From Gammaproteobacteria bacterium (GTDB lineage: Bacteria; Pseudomonadota; Gammaproteobacteria; JAJDYQ01), in NCBI GenBank assembly GCA_036985915.1, contig BTQO01000002.1, positions 3,541 through 27,540 on the forward strand: DNA of 24,000 bases. Direction: 5' to 3'. Each line of letters starts with the position of its first letter. The stretch's first letter is position 1. Both the position numbers and the translations under genes were made by a program. This document shows positions 1 to 9,522 of the stretch, in pieces. Below the pieces are notes generated by a model. It was not told the DNA's origin and did not search any database. It saw only the letters and a program-made list of their open reading frames with translations.

Positions 1-369
1 CTTATGGACGAGCCACCACCGCTGGGTAGCCTGGAAGGCCCCAATGCATCGCGATTACTGGCGGCGGCAGCTGCCAATTGCCTGAGCGCGAGCCTTTTGT
101 TCTGTCTGGCTAAGGATAACCCGCCGGATCAATCCATCAAGACCGAGGCTACCTGCAAGATTGTGCGGAATGAAAAGGGTCGTCTGCGCGTGGGCGAACT
201 GGATGTTAACCTGACCATCAATAGTGAACTTGAACATTCCAGGCGAACCAGCCGCTGCATGAATTTGTTTGAAGATTTCTGCGTAATTTCCTCAAGCATC
301 CGCCAAGGCATCCCGGTCCACGTCAGGATACAAAACGAAGCAGGCGACATCCTGCATGAAGCAGACTAA
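1..369 (+). CDS. OsmC/Ohr-family peroxiredoxin-like protein, C-terminal part (5' end lies outside the window)
   Basis: The reading frame is open from the window edge. GPNASRLLAAAAANCLSASL resembles the OsmC-family GPxPxELLLAALxxC block, and a second Cys block (LFEDFCVISSS) sits near the C-terminus. Stop TAA at 367-369. Confidence 0.7.
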   Translation, partial: LMDEPPPLGSLEGPNASRLLAAAAANCLSASLLFCLAKDNPPDQSIKTEATCKIVRNEKGRLRVGELDVNLTINSELEHSRRTSRCMNLFEDFCVISSSIRQGIPVHVRIQNEAGDILHEAD

Positions 370-388
370 CCAATAACGAAAAAGACAC

Positions 389-1063
389 ATGACTAAACAA
401 CAAAATTGTGGTTCCAACAAGCTTGAAGAACTGGTACTCAGGGAAAGCATCGTAAGTGCCGCAGGCTTGAGTACAGAGCAGGTACTCATTGGCATTAAAG
501 GTGACCCTTCAATGCGCGAAAGTGCCATTTCACGCAAGCGTTATACCAGCAGAGTAGACAATGTGTTTGAAAAGCTGGAACCTGTGCTTGAGGAGCTGAT
601 GCTGAATCGCGGCATCTATCGATTGTTCATTGGCTTCAACAGTGGCGAGGTCCGCACCCATTCCATTTTTGACCCGCTAAGACAGGAGATTCACGACGCT
701 GAAAAACTCACCGATGAACGCTATATCGACCGGCAGTTCCCAAGCATCGAGTTCAGTGACAAGATCAGCCTGATGCGGGAAATCTATACGGCTTTACGCG
801 CCAGCCGATATTACAAACAAATACCCGGCTATTGGCAGAACATACTGAACCGGCGTTCCGCTACCTGGAAACCTCTGGAACCCAACAACATAGTGGGCAT
901 ATTGTCGACTGTTAAAACACTACGCGAGATTCAGGAATATTATTTACGTAACGTCACCATATGCATCGTTCAAGGGATCGTGCACATGCAGTTCAACTGC
1001 GATGGCACACAAATTATCGACGGGCACAACTTCAAGGCCTTCCTTAAAGAAAACCTGCCATAG
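389..1063 (+). CDS. hypothetical protein (224 aa), no family recognised
   Basis: Long ATG-initiated ORF 20 nt after the OsmC stop, same strand. I see no recognisable motif. The competing antisense ORFs are short. Confidence 0.55.
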   Translation: MTKQQNCGSNKLEELVLRESIVSAAGLSTEQVLIGIKGDPSMRESAISRKRYTSRVDNVFEKLEPVLEELMLNRGIYRLFIGFNSGEVRTHSIFDPLRQEIHDAEKLTDERYIDRQFPSIEFSDKISLMREIYTALRASRYYKQIPGYWQNILNRRSATWKPLEPNNIVGILSTVKTLREIQEYYLRNVTICIVQGIVHMQFNCDGTQIIDGHNFKAFLKENLP

Positions 1064-1206
1064 CGGGGTCACGACAAACCCGCAATCACCAGCTTTTTCT
1101 AGATAACCGCCGGCCCCGGTCTGCCTCGGCGGGGCCCAAGAACCATAAACGGCCACCTTCCGCCCGGTCAGATCGTGCGCTTGGACCCTAAACTGTGAAT
1201 ATTATC

Positions 1207-1235
1207 TTGATTGTTCATTATTCAGGTGTTATATA
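1207..1235 (+). promoter_or_regulatory. sigma70-like promoter of the tetR gene (TTGATT, 17 nt spacer, TATATA)
   Basis: TTGATT at 1207-1212, a 17-nt spacer, and TATATA at 1230-1235. The ATG at 1244 lies only ~8 nt after the -10 and has no Shine-Dalgarno, which suggests a leaderless or near-leaderless mRNA. Confidence 0.45.
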
Positions 1236-1243
1236 GTGGCACC

Positions 1244-1849
1244 ATGAACGAAACCAGACCAACAGTCACCGCTGACGACACACGGAACAGCATCATCGAA
1301 GCCGCCGAGGCCCGGTTTGAGCATTTCGGCTATCGCAAGACCACCATGGCGGAAATCGCTGGCGATCTTGGCATGTCGGCCGCTAACCTGTATCGCTACT
1401 TTGAAAACAAGGAAGACATCGTAGCCGCCTGTGCCAGTCGCTGCATGACCGAACACGTGGCCATGCTTCGGGAGGTTGTCCGCAAACAGGACACTTCGGC
1501 CGCGGATCGCCTGGAAGAGTTTATACTGGAAATCGTGCGCTATACGCATGATCAAACCCAGGACAAACCGCGCATCAACGAACTGGTCGAAACCATTACC
1601 AGCGAACGCCCGGAACTGGTCCGTCAAAAAATCGAAGCCATGGAATCGATGCTGGCCGAGATACTGGCCCACGGTAATGCAACCGGCGAATTCGACATCG
1701 AGGATGTCGTGAAAACCGCCAAAACGGTGCATGCCACCCTGGTGCTCTTCGATGTGCCCATCTTTGTCGGTCTGTATCCCCAGGAAGAATACGAGCGGAC
1801 CGCGCGGGCTGTCTCGCACTTGCTGGTTCGCGGTCTCGCCAAACATTAA
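1244..1849 (+). CDS. TetR/AcrR-family transcriptional regulator
   Basis: N-terminal TetR HTH signature IIEAAEARFEHFGYRKTTMAEIAGDLGMSAANLYRYFENKEDIV. I prefer the ATG at 1244 over the track's TTG at 1211, because the promoter elements sit inside that N-terminal extension. Confidence 0.9.
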   Translation: MNETRPTVTADDTRNSIIEAAEARFEHFGYRKTTMAEIAGDLGMSAANLYRYFENKEDIVAACASRCMTEHVAMLREVVRKQDTSAADRLEEFILEIVRYTHDQTQDKPRINELVETITSERPELVRQKIEAMESMLAEILAHGNATGEFDIEDVVKTAKTVHATLVLFDVPIFVGLYPQEEYERTARAVSHLLVRGLAKH

Positions 1850-1888
1850 AAATATTTCCAATGATTATGAATAATTCACGAAATATTT
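1850..1888. promoter_or_regulatory. putative TetR operator region between tetR and the RND gene
   Basis: Perfect 9-bp inverted repeat AAATATTTC (1850-1858) / GAAATATTT (1880-1888). It encloses the palindrome TGAAT-A-ATTCA (1868-1878). A 9/11 match to that palindrome (TGAATAATGAA, minus strand 1214-1224) lies in the spacer of the tetR promoter. Confidence 0.4.
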
Positions 1889-1921
1889 ATTGTTTAGTTG
1901 CTACCCGGGAAGTGTACCGCG

Positions 1922-4264
1922 ATGCATGCATTTGAAGCATGGTTAGGCCCATTTGTCATTCGAAACCGCTGGTGGATCATTATCCTGACGCTGGCTTTGG
2001 TCGCCATTGCAGGTTCGGGCGGAAAGAACCTCAAGTTCACCACCAACTACCGTGTGTTCTTTAGCCCGGAAAATCCGCAACGGCTAGCGTTTGAAGAGCT
2101 TGAAAGCGTATACACAAGAAACGACAACGTACTGTTCGTAATTGCGCCGAAGGATGGCAATGTCTTTACGCCAGAACTGTTGTCACTGGTAGAAAAGGTC
2201 ACCGAACGCGCCTGGCAAACACCCTACTCGAACCGGGTTGACTCGATCAGCAACTTCCAATACACCAAAGCCCAAGGTGACGACCTGATCGTGCGTGACC
2301 TGGTCACGGACTCGGCAAACCTCAGCGAGGAGGACCTGGCCAAGATTCGCAAGGTGGCACTCTCGGAACCGCTACTGGTCACGCGGCTGGTATCCAGCAA
2401 AGGACATGTCACGGCGGTCAATATCACCGTGCAGTTACCGCGCATCGACGAGACCAAGGAAACACCTGAAGTAGTGACCTTTGTTCGTACACTGGCCGAT
2501 GAGATCCGGGCAGATTATCCCAATGTCGATATCTACCTCACCGGCATGATCATGATGAACAATGCCTTTGCCGAATCTTCCAAGCTGGATATGCGTACCC
2601 TGGTACCGGTCAGTTTCATCGTCATGTTGATCATTCTGGGACTGTTGTTGCGCGGCTTTACCAGTACGTTTGTCACCACGCTCGTCATCATATTTTCCGT
2701 AGTCACTGCCATGGGTGCCGGTGGCTGGATTGGTTTCCCGTTAACCCCACCGTCCGCGACCTCGCCTACAGTGATCCTGACTATAGCCATTGCCAACAGC
2801 GTGCATATATTGATGACGTTCGTGCAGAATATGCGTCATGGGCTGGGGAAGAACGATGCCATGAACGAGAGCCTGCGCATCAACCTGCAACCGGTGTTTC
2901 TCGCCAGCCTGACCACATCCATTGGCTTTCTCACCATGAACTTCTCGGAGGTGCCGCCATTCAGGCACCTGGGTAATTTTGTTGCAATTGGCGTTGCATC
3001 CTCGTTCATTTTTTCTGTTACCTTCCTGCCGGCATTAATGTCACTGCTACCAGTCAGGATACCAAAGGAAAAGGACGGTAAAGAAGAGGCAATGGCCGCA
3101 ATCGGTGAATTTGTCGTGCGCAGAAGAACACCGCTACTTTGGGGTATGGCGGCCTTAATCATCCTGTTGGTATCGTCCGTGCCACGCAACCAGCTCAATG
3201 ATGTGTTCGTGGAATATTTCGACGAAACTGTTCCCTTTAGAACCGATTCTGATTTCACCGTTGAGAATCTGACTGGTCTGTACAACCTGGAATACTCCCT
3301 GAAGTCCGGAGAACCCGGCGGTATTAGCAAGCCTGCTTTTCAAAAGGACGTGGCAGCACTTGCCAGATGGTTCCGCAACCAACCGGAAGTGCTGCATGTG
3401 AATGTCATCACCGATATTATGAAACGGCTTAACAAAAACATGCATGGCGATGAACCCGACTGGTATCGCCTGCCCGAGGAACGCGATCTTGCTGCGCAGT
3501 ATCTGCTGCTTTACGAAATGTCCCTGCCCTACGGTCTGGATCTGAATAACCAGATCAATATCGACAAATCCGCAACACGAATGACCGTAACAACCAGGAC
3601 CATTTCCTCCAATGAAGTTCTCGCCATGGAACGGCGCACGCAAGCATGGCTGAAGGAAAACGCGCAGCATATCGCACCAAGTGCTGGTACCGGTACAACA
3701 TTAATGTTCGCCAATATCGGCAGCCGAAACATTAAGGCTATGCTTATTGGTAGCACCATCGCACTCATATTGATTTCGTTTATCCTGATTGTTGCCTTTA
3801 GGTCAATCAAGACCGGGCTGGTCAGCATGATGCCGAATCTGGTACCTGCTGCCATGGGCTTCGGCGTCTGGGGCATTTTTGTCGGGCAAGTTGGCCTCGC
3901 ACTATCGATTGTCAGCAGCATGACATTGGGTATCGTGGTAGACGACACGGTGCATTTTTTAAGCAAGTACCTAAGAGCCAAACGCGAAAAACACCTGAAC
4001 TCGAAGGATGCCGTCCGTTATGCTTTTACCACTGTCGGCCGTGCATTACTGGTTACCTCCATTGTACTGATTGCGGGTTTCCTGGTCCTTTCGCTATCCA
4101 GTTTTGAGCTCAATTCAGGCATGGGATTACTGACCGCTATTGTCATCGCGTTGGCATTGTTGGCGGACTTCTTATTCCTGCCACCACTGTTGATGAAACT
4201 TGAGGAGAAGAATGATGAACAAATGGCTGCTAACGCTGCTGTTACTGATTCCACTCCTGCCTGA
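1922..4264 (+). CDS. RND-superfamily / MMPL-type inner-membrane exporter (two 6-TM bundles with large periplasmic loops)
   Basis: ~780 aa with duplicated hydrophobic blocks (around residues 230-390 and 610-770 of the track ORF) separated by soluble loops, typical of HpnN/MMPL-like RND transporters. ATG at 1922 preferred over the upstream TTG at 1898. Confidence 0.85.
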   Translation: MHAFEAWLGPFVIRNRWWIIILTLALVAIAGSGGKNLKFTTNYRVFFSPENPQRLAFEELESVYTRNDNVLFVIAPKDGNVFTPELLSLVEKVTERAWQTPYSNRVDSISNFQYTKAQGDDLIVRDLVTDSANLSEEDLAKIRKVALSEPLLVTRLVSSKGHVTAVNITVQLPRIDETKETPEVVTFVRTLADEIRADYPNVDIYLTGMIMMNNAFAESSKLDMRTLVPVSFIVMLIILGLLLRGFTSTFVTTLVIIFSVVTAMGAGGWIGFPLTPPSATSPTVILTIAIANSVHILMTFVQNMRHGLGKNDAMNESLRINLQPVFLASLTTSIGFLTMNFSEVPPFRHLGNFVAIGVASSFIFSVTFLPALMSLLPVRIPKEKDGKEEAMAAIGEFVVRRRTPLLWGMAALIILLVSSVPRNQLNDVFVEYFDETVPFRTDSDFTVENLTGLYNLEYSLKSGEPGGISKPAFQKDVAALARWFRNQPEVLHVNVITDIMKRLNKNMHGDEPDWYRLPEERDLAAQYLLLYEMSLPYGLDLNNQINIDKSATRMTVTTRTISSNEVLAMERRTQAWLKENAQHIAPSAGTGTTLMFANIGSRNIKAMLIGSTIALILISFILIVAFRSIKTGLVSMMPNLVPAAMGFGVWGIFVGQVGLALSIVSSMTLGIVVDDTVHFLSKYLRAKREKHLNSKDAVRYAFTTVGRALLVTSIVLIAGFLVLSLSSFELNSGMGLLTAIVIALALLADFLFLPPLLMKLEEKNDEQMAANAAVTDSTPA

Positions 4265-4997
4265 AGCACTGGCAGAAACAGCGCAAGAAAAAGGCCTGGC
4301 AATCGCGGTAGAAATGGACCAACGCGACACCGGCTGGGGTGATATGACGGCCGATATGCAGATGATCCTGCGCAACAAGCGCGGCGATGAAAGCTTGCGC
4401 GAGATTCGCGTCAAATCGCTGGAGATGGCAAACGACGGAGACAAGAGTCTGACTATCTTTGACCGCCCGCGCGATATCAAAGGCACTGCGTTTCTAAGTT
4501 TTACACATGCACTCAAACCCGATGACCAGTGGCTTTATTTACCGGCATTAAAGCGCGTCAAGCGAATTTCATCGTCCAACAAATCCGGTCCTTTTATGGG
4601 CAGCGAGTTTGCCTATGAAGACCTGTCGTCACAGGAAGTTGAGAAATATACCTACAAGTGGCTGAAGAACGACACGCTTGATGGCCGTGATGTATTCGTC
4701 GTCGAACGTTATCCTGCTTACAAACACTCCGGTTACAAACGAATGATCGTCTGGATCGACATGAAAATCTATAAACCACTCAAACTCGAGTTCTATGACA
4801 GAAAAAACGCCCTGTTGAAAACCCTGACCTTTCATGATTACAAACCGTACCTGGAAAAATACTACCGCCCGGACCGGATGGAAATGAAAAATCATCAAAC
4901 TGGCAAAAGCACCACGCTAACCTGGGCCGACTACCAGTTCGGCACTGGCTTAAGTGATCGTGATTTTGATCGAAACGCATTAAAGCGAACCCGGTAA
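4212..4997 (+). CDS. outer-membrane lipoprotein-sorting (LolA-like) periplasmic protein
   Basis: Signal peptide MMNKWLLTLLLLIPLLPEALA. The body (DQWLYLPALKRVKRISS..FMGSEFAYEDL) matches the LolA-like family that usually follows MMPL/RND genes. GAGGAG at 4202-4207 precedes the ATG at 4212. The gene overlaps the end of the RND gene, which suggests translational coupling. Confidence 0.75.
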   Translation: MMNKWLLTLLLLIPLLPEALAETAQEKGLAIAVEMDQRDTGWGDMTADMQMILRNKRGDESLREIRVKSLEMANDGDKSLTIFDRPRDIKGTAFLSFTHALKPDDQWLYLPALKRVKRISSSNKSGPFMGSEFAYEDLSSQEVEKYTYKWLKNDTLDGRDVFVVERYPAYKHSGYKRMIVWIDMKIYKPLKLEFYDRKNALLKTLTFHDYKPYLEKYYRPDRMEMKNHQTGKSTTLTWADYQFGTGLSDRDFDRNALKRTR

Positions 4998-6182
4998 ATG
5001 CAGCGATTAACCCGATTACTTCTGCTGTGGCTGGTTGTAACACCTGCGATGGGGGGAGAATGGTCTGGGTATGTGTCGGGTGAGGTCAGGCTGTTTCCCA
5101 ATTCACCTGCGTATCCAGATCAGCGTGGTGACAACCTGTCATTCTCGTTTGAGCCGCAGTACTACAACGAATGGGATAACGGCAAGCAAAGCTTTACCTT
5201 TACACCTTTCTTGCGATTCGATCAGCGTGATGATGAGCGCACACACTTTGATATTCGCGAATTAACCTGGCTCAAAGCAGCCACGGACTGGGAGCTGCGC
5301 GTAGGTGTGCGTAAAGTGTTTTGGGGTGTCACTGAATCACGACACCTGGTCGATATCATTAACCAGACCGACTTGGTTGAAAACATCGATCGCGAGGAAA
5401 AGCTGGGCCAACCCATGATCAACCTCGCCTTGATTCGTGATTTTGGAACGATCGATCTGTTTCTGCTGCCCTACTTTCGCGAACGAACTTTTCCGGGTAA
5501 GAACGGACGGTTACGCATACCAATACCGGTTGATAAGGACCTTGTTCAATACGAGTCCGGCGCCAGGGAACGTCATGTCGACAGCGCCATACGCTGGTCA
5601 AACAGTATCGATATCTGGGACATTGGCCTTTCCTGGTTTCATGGCACAAGCCGTGATCCCCTGTTGATACCCGTCTTAGACAAACGTGGCACGCTCAAAC
5701 TGGCGCCGAGATACGACATTATCGACCAGGTAGGGCTGGATGTGCAGGCAACACAGGGCAGTTGGCTTTGGAAACTGGAAATGATCCGCCGCGGCGGCCA
5801 GGGTAAAAGCTTTACAGCATTTACGGGTGGCTTTGAATATACCTTTTACGGCATACAGGATTCATCGGCCGACCTGGGCGTTTTGCTGGAATACCTCTAC
5901 GACAGCCGTGATGATGCCGCACCGACACCATTTGAAGATGATGTCTTTGCGGGTATGCGGCTGGCACTGAACGATGCACAAAGCACCGAAGTGCTTGCCG
6001 GGTTCATCATCGATCGCAACGATGGCGGTGCCACATTCAACCTGGAGGCCAGCCGGCGATTAAGCGACAACTGGAAGCTGGAAGTCGAAGCGCGTTTCTT
6101 TAATGGATATGAACGAACCGATCCAGCATATACATTTCGCAAGGACGACTACGTCGAGGTCAAACTCAGCTACCACTTTTAA
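4998..6182 (+). CDS. putative outer-membrane beta-barrel protein (function unknown)
   Basis: The ATG directly abuts the previous stop (TAA 4995-4997). Signal peptide MQRLTRLLLLWLVVTPAMG. Alternating amphipathic strands and a C-terminal aromatic residue (..KLSYHF), typical of OMP barrels. Confidence 0.6.
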   Translation: MQRLTRLLLLWLVVTPAMGGEWSGYVSGEVRLFPNSPAYPDQRGDNLSFSFEPQYYNEWDNGKQSFTFTPFLRFDQRDDERTHFDIRELTWLKAATDWELRVGVRKVFWGVTESRHLVDIINQTDLVENIDREEKLGQPMINLALIRDFGTIDLFLLPYFRERTFPGKNGRLRIPIPVDKDLVQYESGARERHVDSAIRWSNSIDIWDIGLSWFHGTSRDPLLIPVLDKRGTLKLAPRYDIIDQVGLDVQATQGSWLWKLEMIRRGGQGKSFTAFTGGFEYTFYGIQDSSADLGVLLEYLYDSRDDAAPTPFEDDVFAGMRLALNDAQSTEVLAGFIIDRNDGGATFNLEASRRLSDNWKLEVEARFFNGYERTDPAYTFRKDDYVEVKLSYHF

Positions 6183-6196
6183 TCACGGGACATGCC

Positions 6197-6664
6197 ATGA
6201 GTCAAGGCGTAATCATTCCGAAGCGCAAGATCCTGCCACCGGTTTATTTTCTTGGCGCCCTGATATCCATGTTCGCGCTGGATCGCCTGATGCCAATTGC
6301 AGATACTATTCATGCGCCCTACAACATAGCAGGCCTGGTCGCTGTGGTGCTGGGTACCGGTCTTGTCCTATGGGCAGCCACCGGATTTAAGCGATCCAGT
6401 ATTACCATCCGGCCTTTTCATGACACGCCTCGATTGCATATAGACGGGCCGTACCGGTTCACGCGCAATCCAATGTACCTCGGTTTGGTGCTGGTGCTCA
6501 TCGGCAGCAACATCATGTTTGGCAGCTTGTCATCAGTATTCATCATCCCCCTGTTTTGGCTGGTAATAGATCGCCATTTCGTTAACCACGAGGAACGATT
6601 CCTTATGAGCTTGTTTGGCTACGAATACGTTTATTATCGCTTTAAAGTTCGACGCTGGATTTAA
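6197..6664 (+). CDS. isoprenylcysteine carboxyl methyltransferase (ICMT)/phospholipid methyltransferase-family membrane protein
   Basis: Multi-TM 155-aa protein with the family motif GPYRFTRNPMYLGLVLVLIG. Confidence 0.75.
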   Translation: MSQGVIIPKRKILPPVYFLGALISMFALDRLMPIADTIHAPYNIAGLVAVVLGTGLVLWAATGFKRSSITIRPFHDTPRLHIDGPYRFTRNPMYLGLVLVLIGSNIMFGSLSSVFIIPLFWLVIDRHFVNHEERFLMSLFGYEYVYYRFKVRRWI

Positions 6665-7214
6665 ACGGCACCTGGCAACAACGCTTGATCATTTGCCGGT
6701 TCAATAATTGATACCAGCGAATCAGATCAGGGAGGGAATACTGCGCATTGGCAGGACTTGAATTTGGTGTAACGTATACCCAGCTGTTACCAATTCTCTT
6801 ATTCTGAAGACCCCAGGCGATGTTCGGTACAGATGACTCTGCATAACGCAAGTAGTTTGCATACGCAACCTTGCCATGGAACCACACCATGCAGGGTTGA
6901 TACCTGATCAGCTTTTCCCTTAGCACAGGTGCCCACTTCAGATAATCCGCAGCCCTGAGCCTCGATGCATTGGCACTTGGCTTTTTGACAACATCCGTAA
7001 ACCCGATTGAATGGTTTCTTAATAGTTTCCGCATGGCCTCCCGTGAAGGTACCAGCACCTGATCAACAAGCCCTGATGCATTAAACGCACGCCAAAAGCG
7101 GTTCCGAGGATTAGCAAAGTAAAAACCCGCCTCAACTGACGGCAGCGATGGGTTGAGTCCAACCGATATCGCCTTAAGGTCAGGGGCCAGGTAATCAGGT
7201 AAGGTATTCATCAT
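6642..7214 (-). CDS. mug: G/U mismatch-specific DNA glycosylase (Mug/TDG family)
   Basis: GLNPSLPSVEAGFYFANPRNRFWRAF and VYVTPNSSPAN are colinear with E. coli Mug [26 protein letters not shown] and WVLPNPSGLS. Confidence 0.85.
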   Translation of the reverse strand: MMNTLPDYLAPDLKAISVGLNPSLPSVEAGFYFANPRNRFWRAFNASGLVDQVLVPSREAMRKLLRNHSIGFTDVVKKPSANASRLRAADYLKWAPVLREKLIRYQPCMVWFHGKVAYANYLRYAESSVPNIAWGLQNKRIGNSWVYVTPNSSPANAQYSLPDLIRWYQLLNRQMIKRCCQVPFKSSVEL

Positions 7215-7305
7215 GTCATCATATTTGTAAGTTGCAGTGCACCATCACTGCGGGATCATGGTTACGATATCCGCCAATCAATAATTGCGTATACTCCACT
7301 CACCG

Positions 7306-8208
7306 ATGCATTACACCGTCACACTGTTTCCACTTTGGGCATTGGCAATATCGGCGCTGGCACTCGCCCGGCCGGAATACTTTTCTCCTTATAAAGACGC
7401 GATCGTCCCGCTGCTGATGATCATCATGCTCAGCATAGGCATGACTTTAACCATCAAGGATTTTACCCGTGCGATCAAACGTCCAAAAGTAATCGGATTT
7501 GGTGTGTTGTTACAATACCTGGTAATGCCATTTGTTGCCTTTGCAGTATCCAGACTCCTCTCGCTACCAACAGAACTCATGATCGGCATGATCCTGGTCG
7601 GTGCGGTGCCCGGAGGCACTGCATCCAATATTGTTAGTTTTCTCGCGCGCGGTGACGTTGCGCTCTCGATCACGCTGACCGCGCTATCGACGCTCATCGC
7701 GGTGATTGCCACGCCCTGGCTGGTCTGGCTCTATGTCGGCCAGGATATCCCTGTACCAGTACTTAACATGCTGTTCACGGTATTGAAGATCGTCGTACTG
7801 CCGGTGCTGGTCGGCGTTTCAGTCAATGCGCTGCTCAAACAATACATTCACCCATTACAGCCATATCTTCCTGCAGTTTCCGTGATCGCCATTTTACTGG
7901 CCATCGCAATTATCGTGGCACTTAACAGCGAGCGTATAGCACAGGTCAGCGGCATTATCCTGCTTGCCGTGGCGCTGCACAATGCGATCGGATTAACATT
8001 GGGTTATTGGTTGACGCGGCTATCCGGCCAGGATGTCAAGACTTCCCGCACGATTGCAATCGAAGTGGGTATGCAAAACTCAGGACTGGCAGTTGCACTC
8101 GCAATCAAGCATTTTGCGGTATTAACCGCATTGCCGGGTGCATTATTCAGCGTCTGGCACAACCTGACCGGATCGGTGCTAGCGGCATATTGGTCGAATA
8201 AAGATTAA
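7306..8208 (+). CDS. bile acid:sodium symporter (BASS/SBF) family transporter
   Basis: ~300 aa polytopic protein with GAVPGGTASNI and IEVGMQNSGLA motifs typical of BASS. ATG at 7306 preferred over the track's TTG at 7285. Confidence 0.85.
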   Translation: MHYTVTLFPLWALAISALALARPEYFSPYKDAIVPLLMIIMLSIGMTLTIKDFTRAIKRPKVIGFGVLLQYLVMPFVAFAVSRLLSLPTELMIGMILVGAVPGGTASNIVSFLARGDVALSITLTALSTLIAVIATPWLVWLYVGQDIPVPVLNMLFTVLKIVVLPVLVGVSVNALLKQYIHPLQPYLPAVSVIAILLAIAIIVALNSERIAQVSGIILLAVALHNAIGLTLGYWLTRLSGQDVKTSRTIAIEVGMQNSGLAVALAIKHFAVLTALPGALFSVWHNLTGSVLAAYWSNKD

Positions 8209-8209
8209 A

Positions 8210-8767
8210 TCACCCCAGAAAAGCATCACTGGAATTCAGATAGCTTGTCTCTTGCTCGGTGTTTTCCCGGCCAAGTATTGCATTACGATGCGGGAACCGG
8301 CCAAACTGCTGCACAATCTTTCTGTGATGCCGAGCCCATTTAAGCCCATCCATTAATCCCGCTTGTCGATATAACTCGACCGATCTGTTCTGATCAGAAA
8401 TATGCTCACTGTGCATGAAGGATGTATACAGGAAAGCCTTCCGGTCATCAGTCAACTGCACATCAAACCCTCGCTCAATCGCACGGCTGGCTACATCGCG
8501 CGATGCCGCTTCGGTTGAAAAACTGATCGCTTGTCCCCGATACATATTGAGCGGTAGTTGATCAAGCACAATCACGAGCGCCAGCGCACCCTCTGGCGTA
8601 TCTTCCCAGTCTGATAACTTGCCTTCCCCGGCCGCCTGCCAGGTTGCTTCAAACCGGTTAGTGATTTCCTGGTCAAACTCAGGCGTTGAACGAAACCAGA
8701 GTTTCCTGACGCGTTCGGAAAACCAGAACTCAAGCAACTGTTCCGGTGTTACGACGTGTATGTTCAT
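8210..8767 (-). CDS. DUF924-family protein
   Basis: LLEFWF..WF..FD..I..RF and LALVIVLDQLPLNMYRG match the DUF924 signature. It starts 3 nt downstream of the msrA stop on the same strand, so it is probably in an operon with msrA. Confidence 0.8.
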   Translation of the reverse strand: MNIHVVTPEQLLEFWFSERVRKLWFRSTPEFDQEITNRFEATWQAAGEGKLSDWEDTPEGALALVIVLDQLPLNMYRGQAISFSTEAASRDVASRAIERGFDVQLTDDRKAFLYTSFMHSEHISDQNRSVELYRQAGLMDGLKWARHHRKIVQQFGRFPHRNAILGRENTEQETSYLNSSDAFLG

Positions 8768-8770
8768 TGA

Positions 8771-9409
8771 TCAGGACTGCTGAAAAGCCACACCGGTACC
8801 ACCAAGCGCACAATAACCACCGGGTGGTTTAGCAAGATACTGCTGATGATAGTCCTCCGCATAATAAAACTTAGGCGCATCGATAATCTCTGTTGTGATC
8901 GAAGACATGCCCGCTGCATTCAACAGCGCCTGATACGTGTTCCTGGAGTCCAGTGCAGCCTGCATCTGCTCCTTTGAATACACGTAGATACCTGAACGGT
9001 ATTGGGTGCCAACATCATTACCCTGGCGCATTCCCTGGGTTGGATCATGCGCCTCCCAGAAGACCCTTAATAGTCTATCGAAAGAGACTGCCGCTGGATC
9101 GTAAATTACCAGAACAACCTCGTTGTGCCCTGTTTGACCGCTGCACACATCCTGGTAGGTTGGATTTTTTGTATAACCCGCCGCATAACCAACAGCCGTA
9201 CTGTATACACCTTCAGTTTCCCAGAACTTCCGTTCTGCACCCCAAAAGCAGCCTAGTCCGAACATCGCAAGTTTCATATGTTCAGGAAACGGCGGTTTTA
9301 TCGGGTTGCCGTTGACAGTGTGACGGTTACCCACCTGCATGGCTTCGGCACGCCCAGGTAAGGCCTCATCTTCGCTCGGCATCAAACTCTTTTTATTTGG
9401 CATAAACAC
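8771..9409 (-). CDS. msrA: peptide-methionine (S)-S-oxide reductase MsrA (cytoplasmic type)
   Basis: Colinear with E. coli MsrA: [19 protein letters not shown].., catalytic [13 protein letters not shown], and no signal peptide. Confidence 0.95.
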   Translation of the reverse strand: MFMPNKKSLMPSEDEALPGRAEAMQVGNRHTVNGNPIKPPFPEHMKLAMFGLGCFWGAERKFWETEGVYSTAVGYAAGYTKNPTYQDVCSGQTGHNEVVLVIYDPAAVSFDRLLRVFWEAHDPTQGMRQGNDVGTQYRSGIYVYSKEQMQAALDSRNTYQALLNAAGMSSITTEIIDAPKFYYAEDYHQQYLAKPPGGYCALGGTGVAFQQS

Positions 9410-9522
9410 GGCAAGTCACTACTCAGGAATGCTTGCTTCAAAGAGACTTTAATAGAAAAGTATATTTTATTTTCTACATTAAGTTCATGCATTAACTATT
9501 CGATATCGATGCTTGATGCATA

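Noticed and set aside
1064-1160. Hairpins after the 224-aa ORF (GCGGG-N11-CCCGC at about 1064-1084; GGCCCC-N13-GGGGCC at about 1112-1136), considered as a rho-independent terminator.
   Set aside because: The stems are short or have long loops, and neither is followed by a proper U-tract. They may contribute to termination, but the evidence is too weak to annotate.
1229-1861. A 210-aa ORF antisense to the TetR gene. Similar long antisense ORFs occur at 9541..10146 (opposite the hydrolase), 8953..9315 (opposite msrA), and 2836..3330, 3155..3670 and 3529..3981 (opposite the RND gene).
   Set aside because: In each case the opposite strand encodes a protein with unmistakable family motifs. The antisense translations are low-complexity (R/G/H/F-rich), which is typical of shadow ORFs.
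6642-6664. A 23-bp convergent overlap between the 3' ends of the ICMT-family gene and mug, considered as a possible regulatory antisense arrangement.
   Set aside because: Short convergent 3' overlaps are common in compact genomes. The Mug C-terminal tail past the conserved core may simply be a non-conserved extension. Nothing in the sequence points to a specific mechanism.
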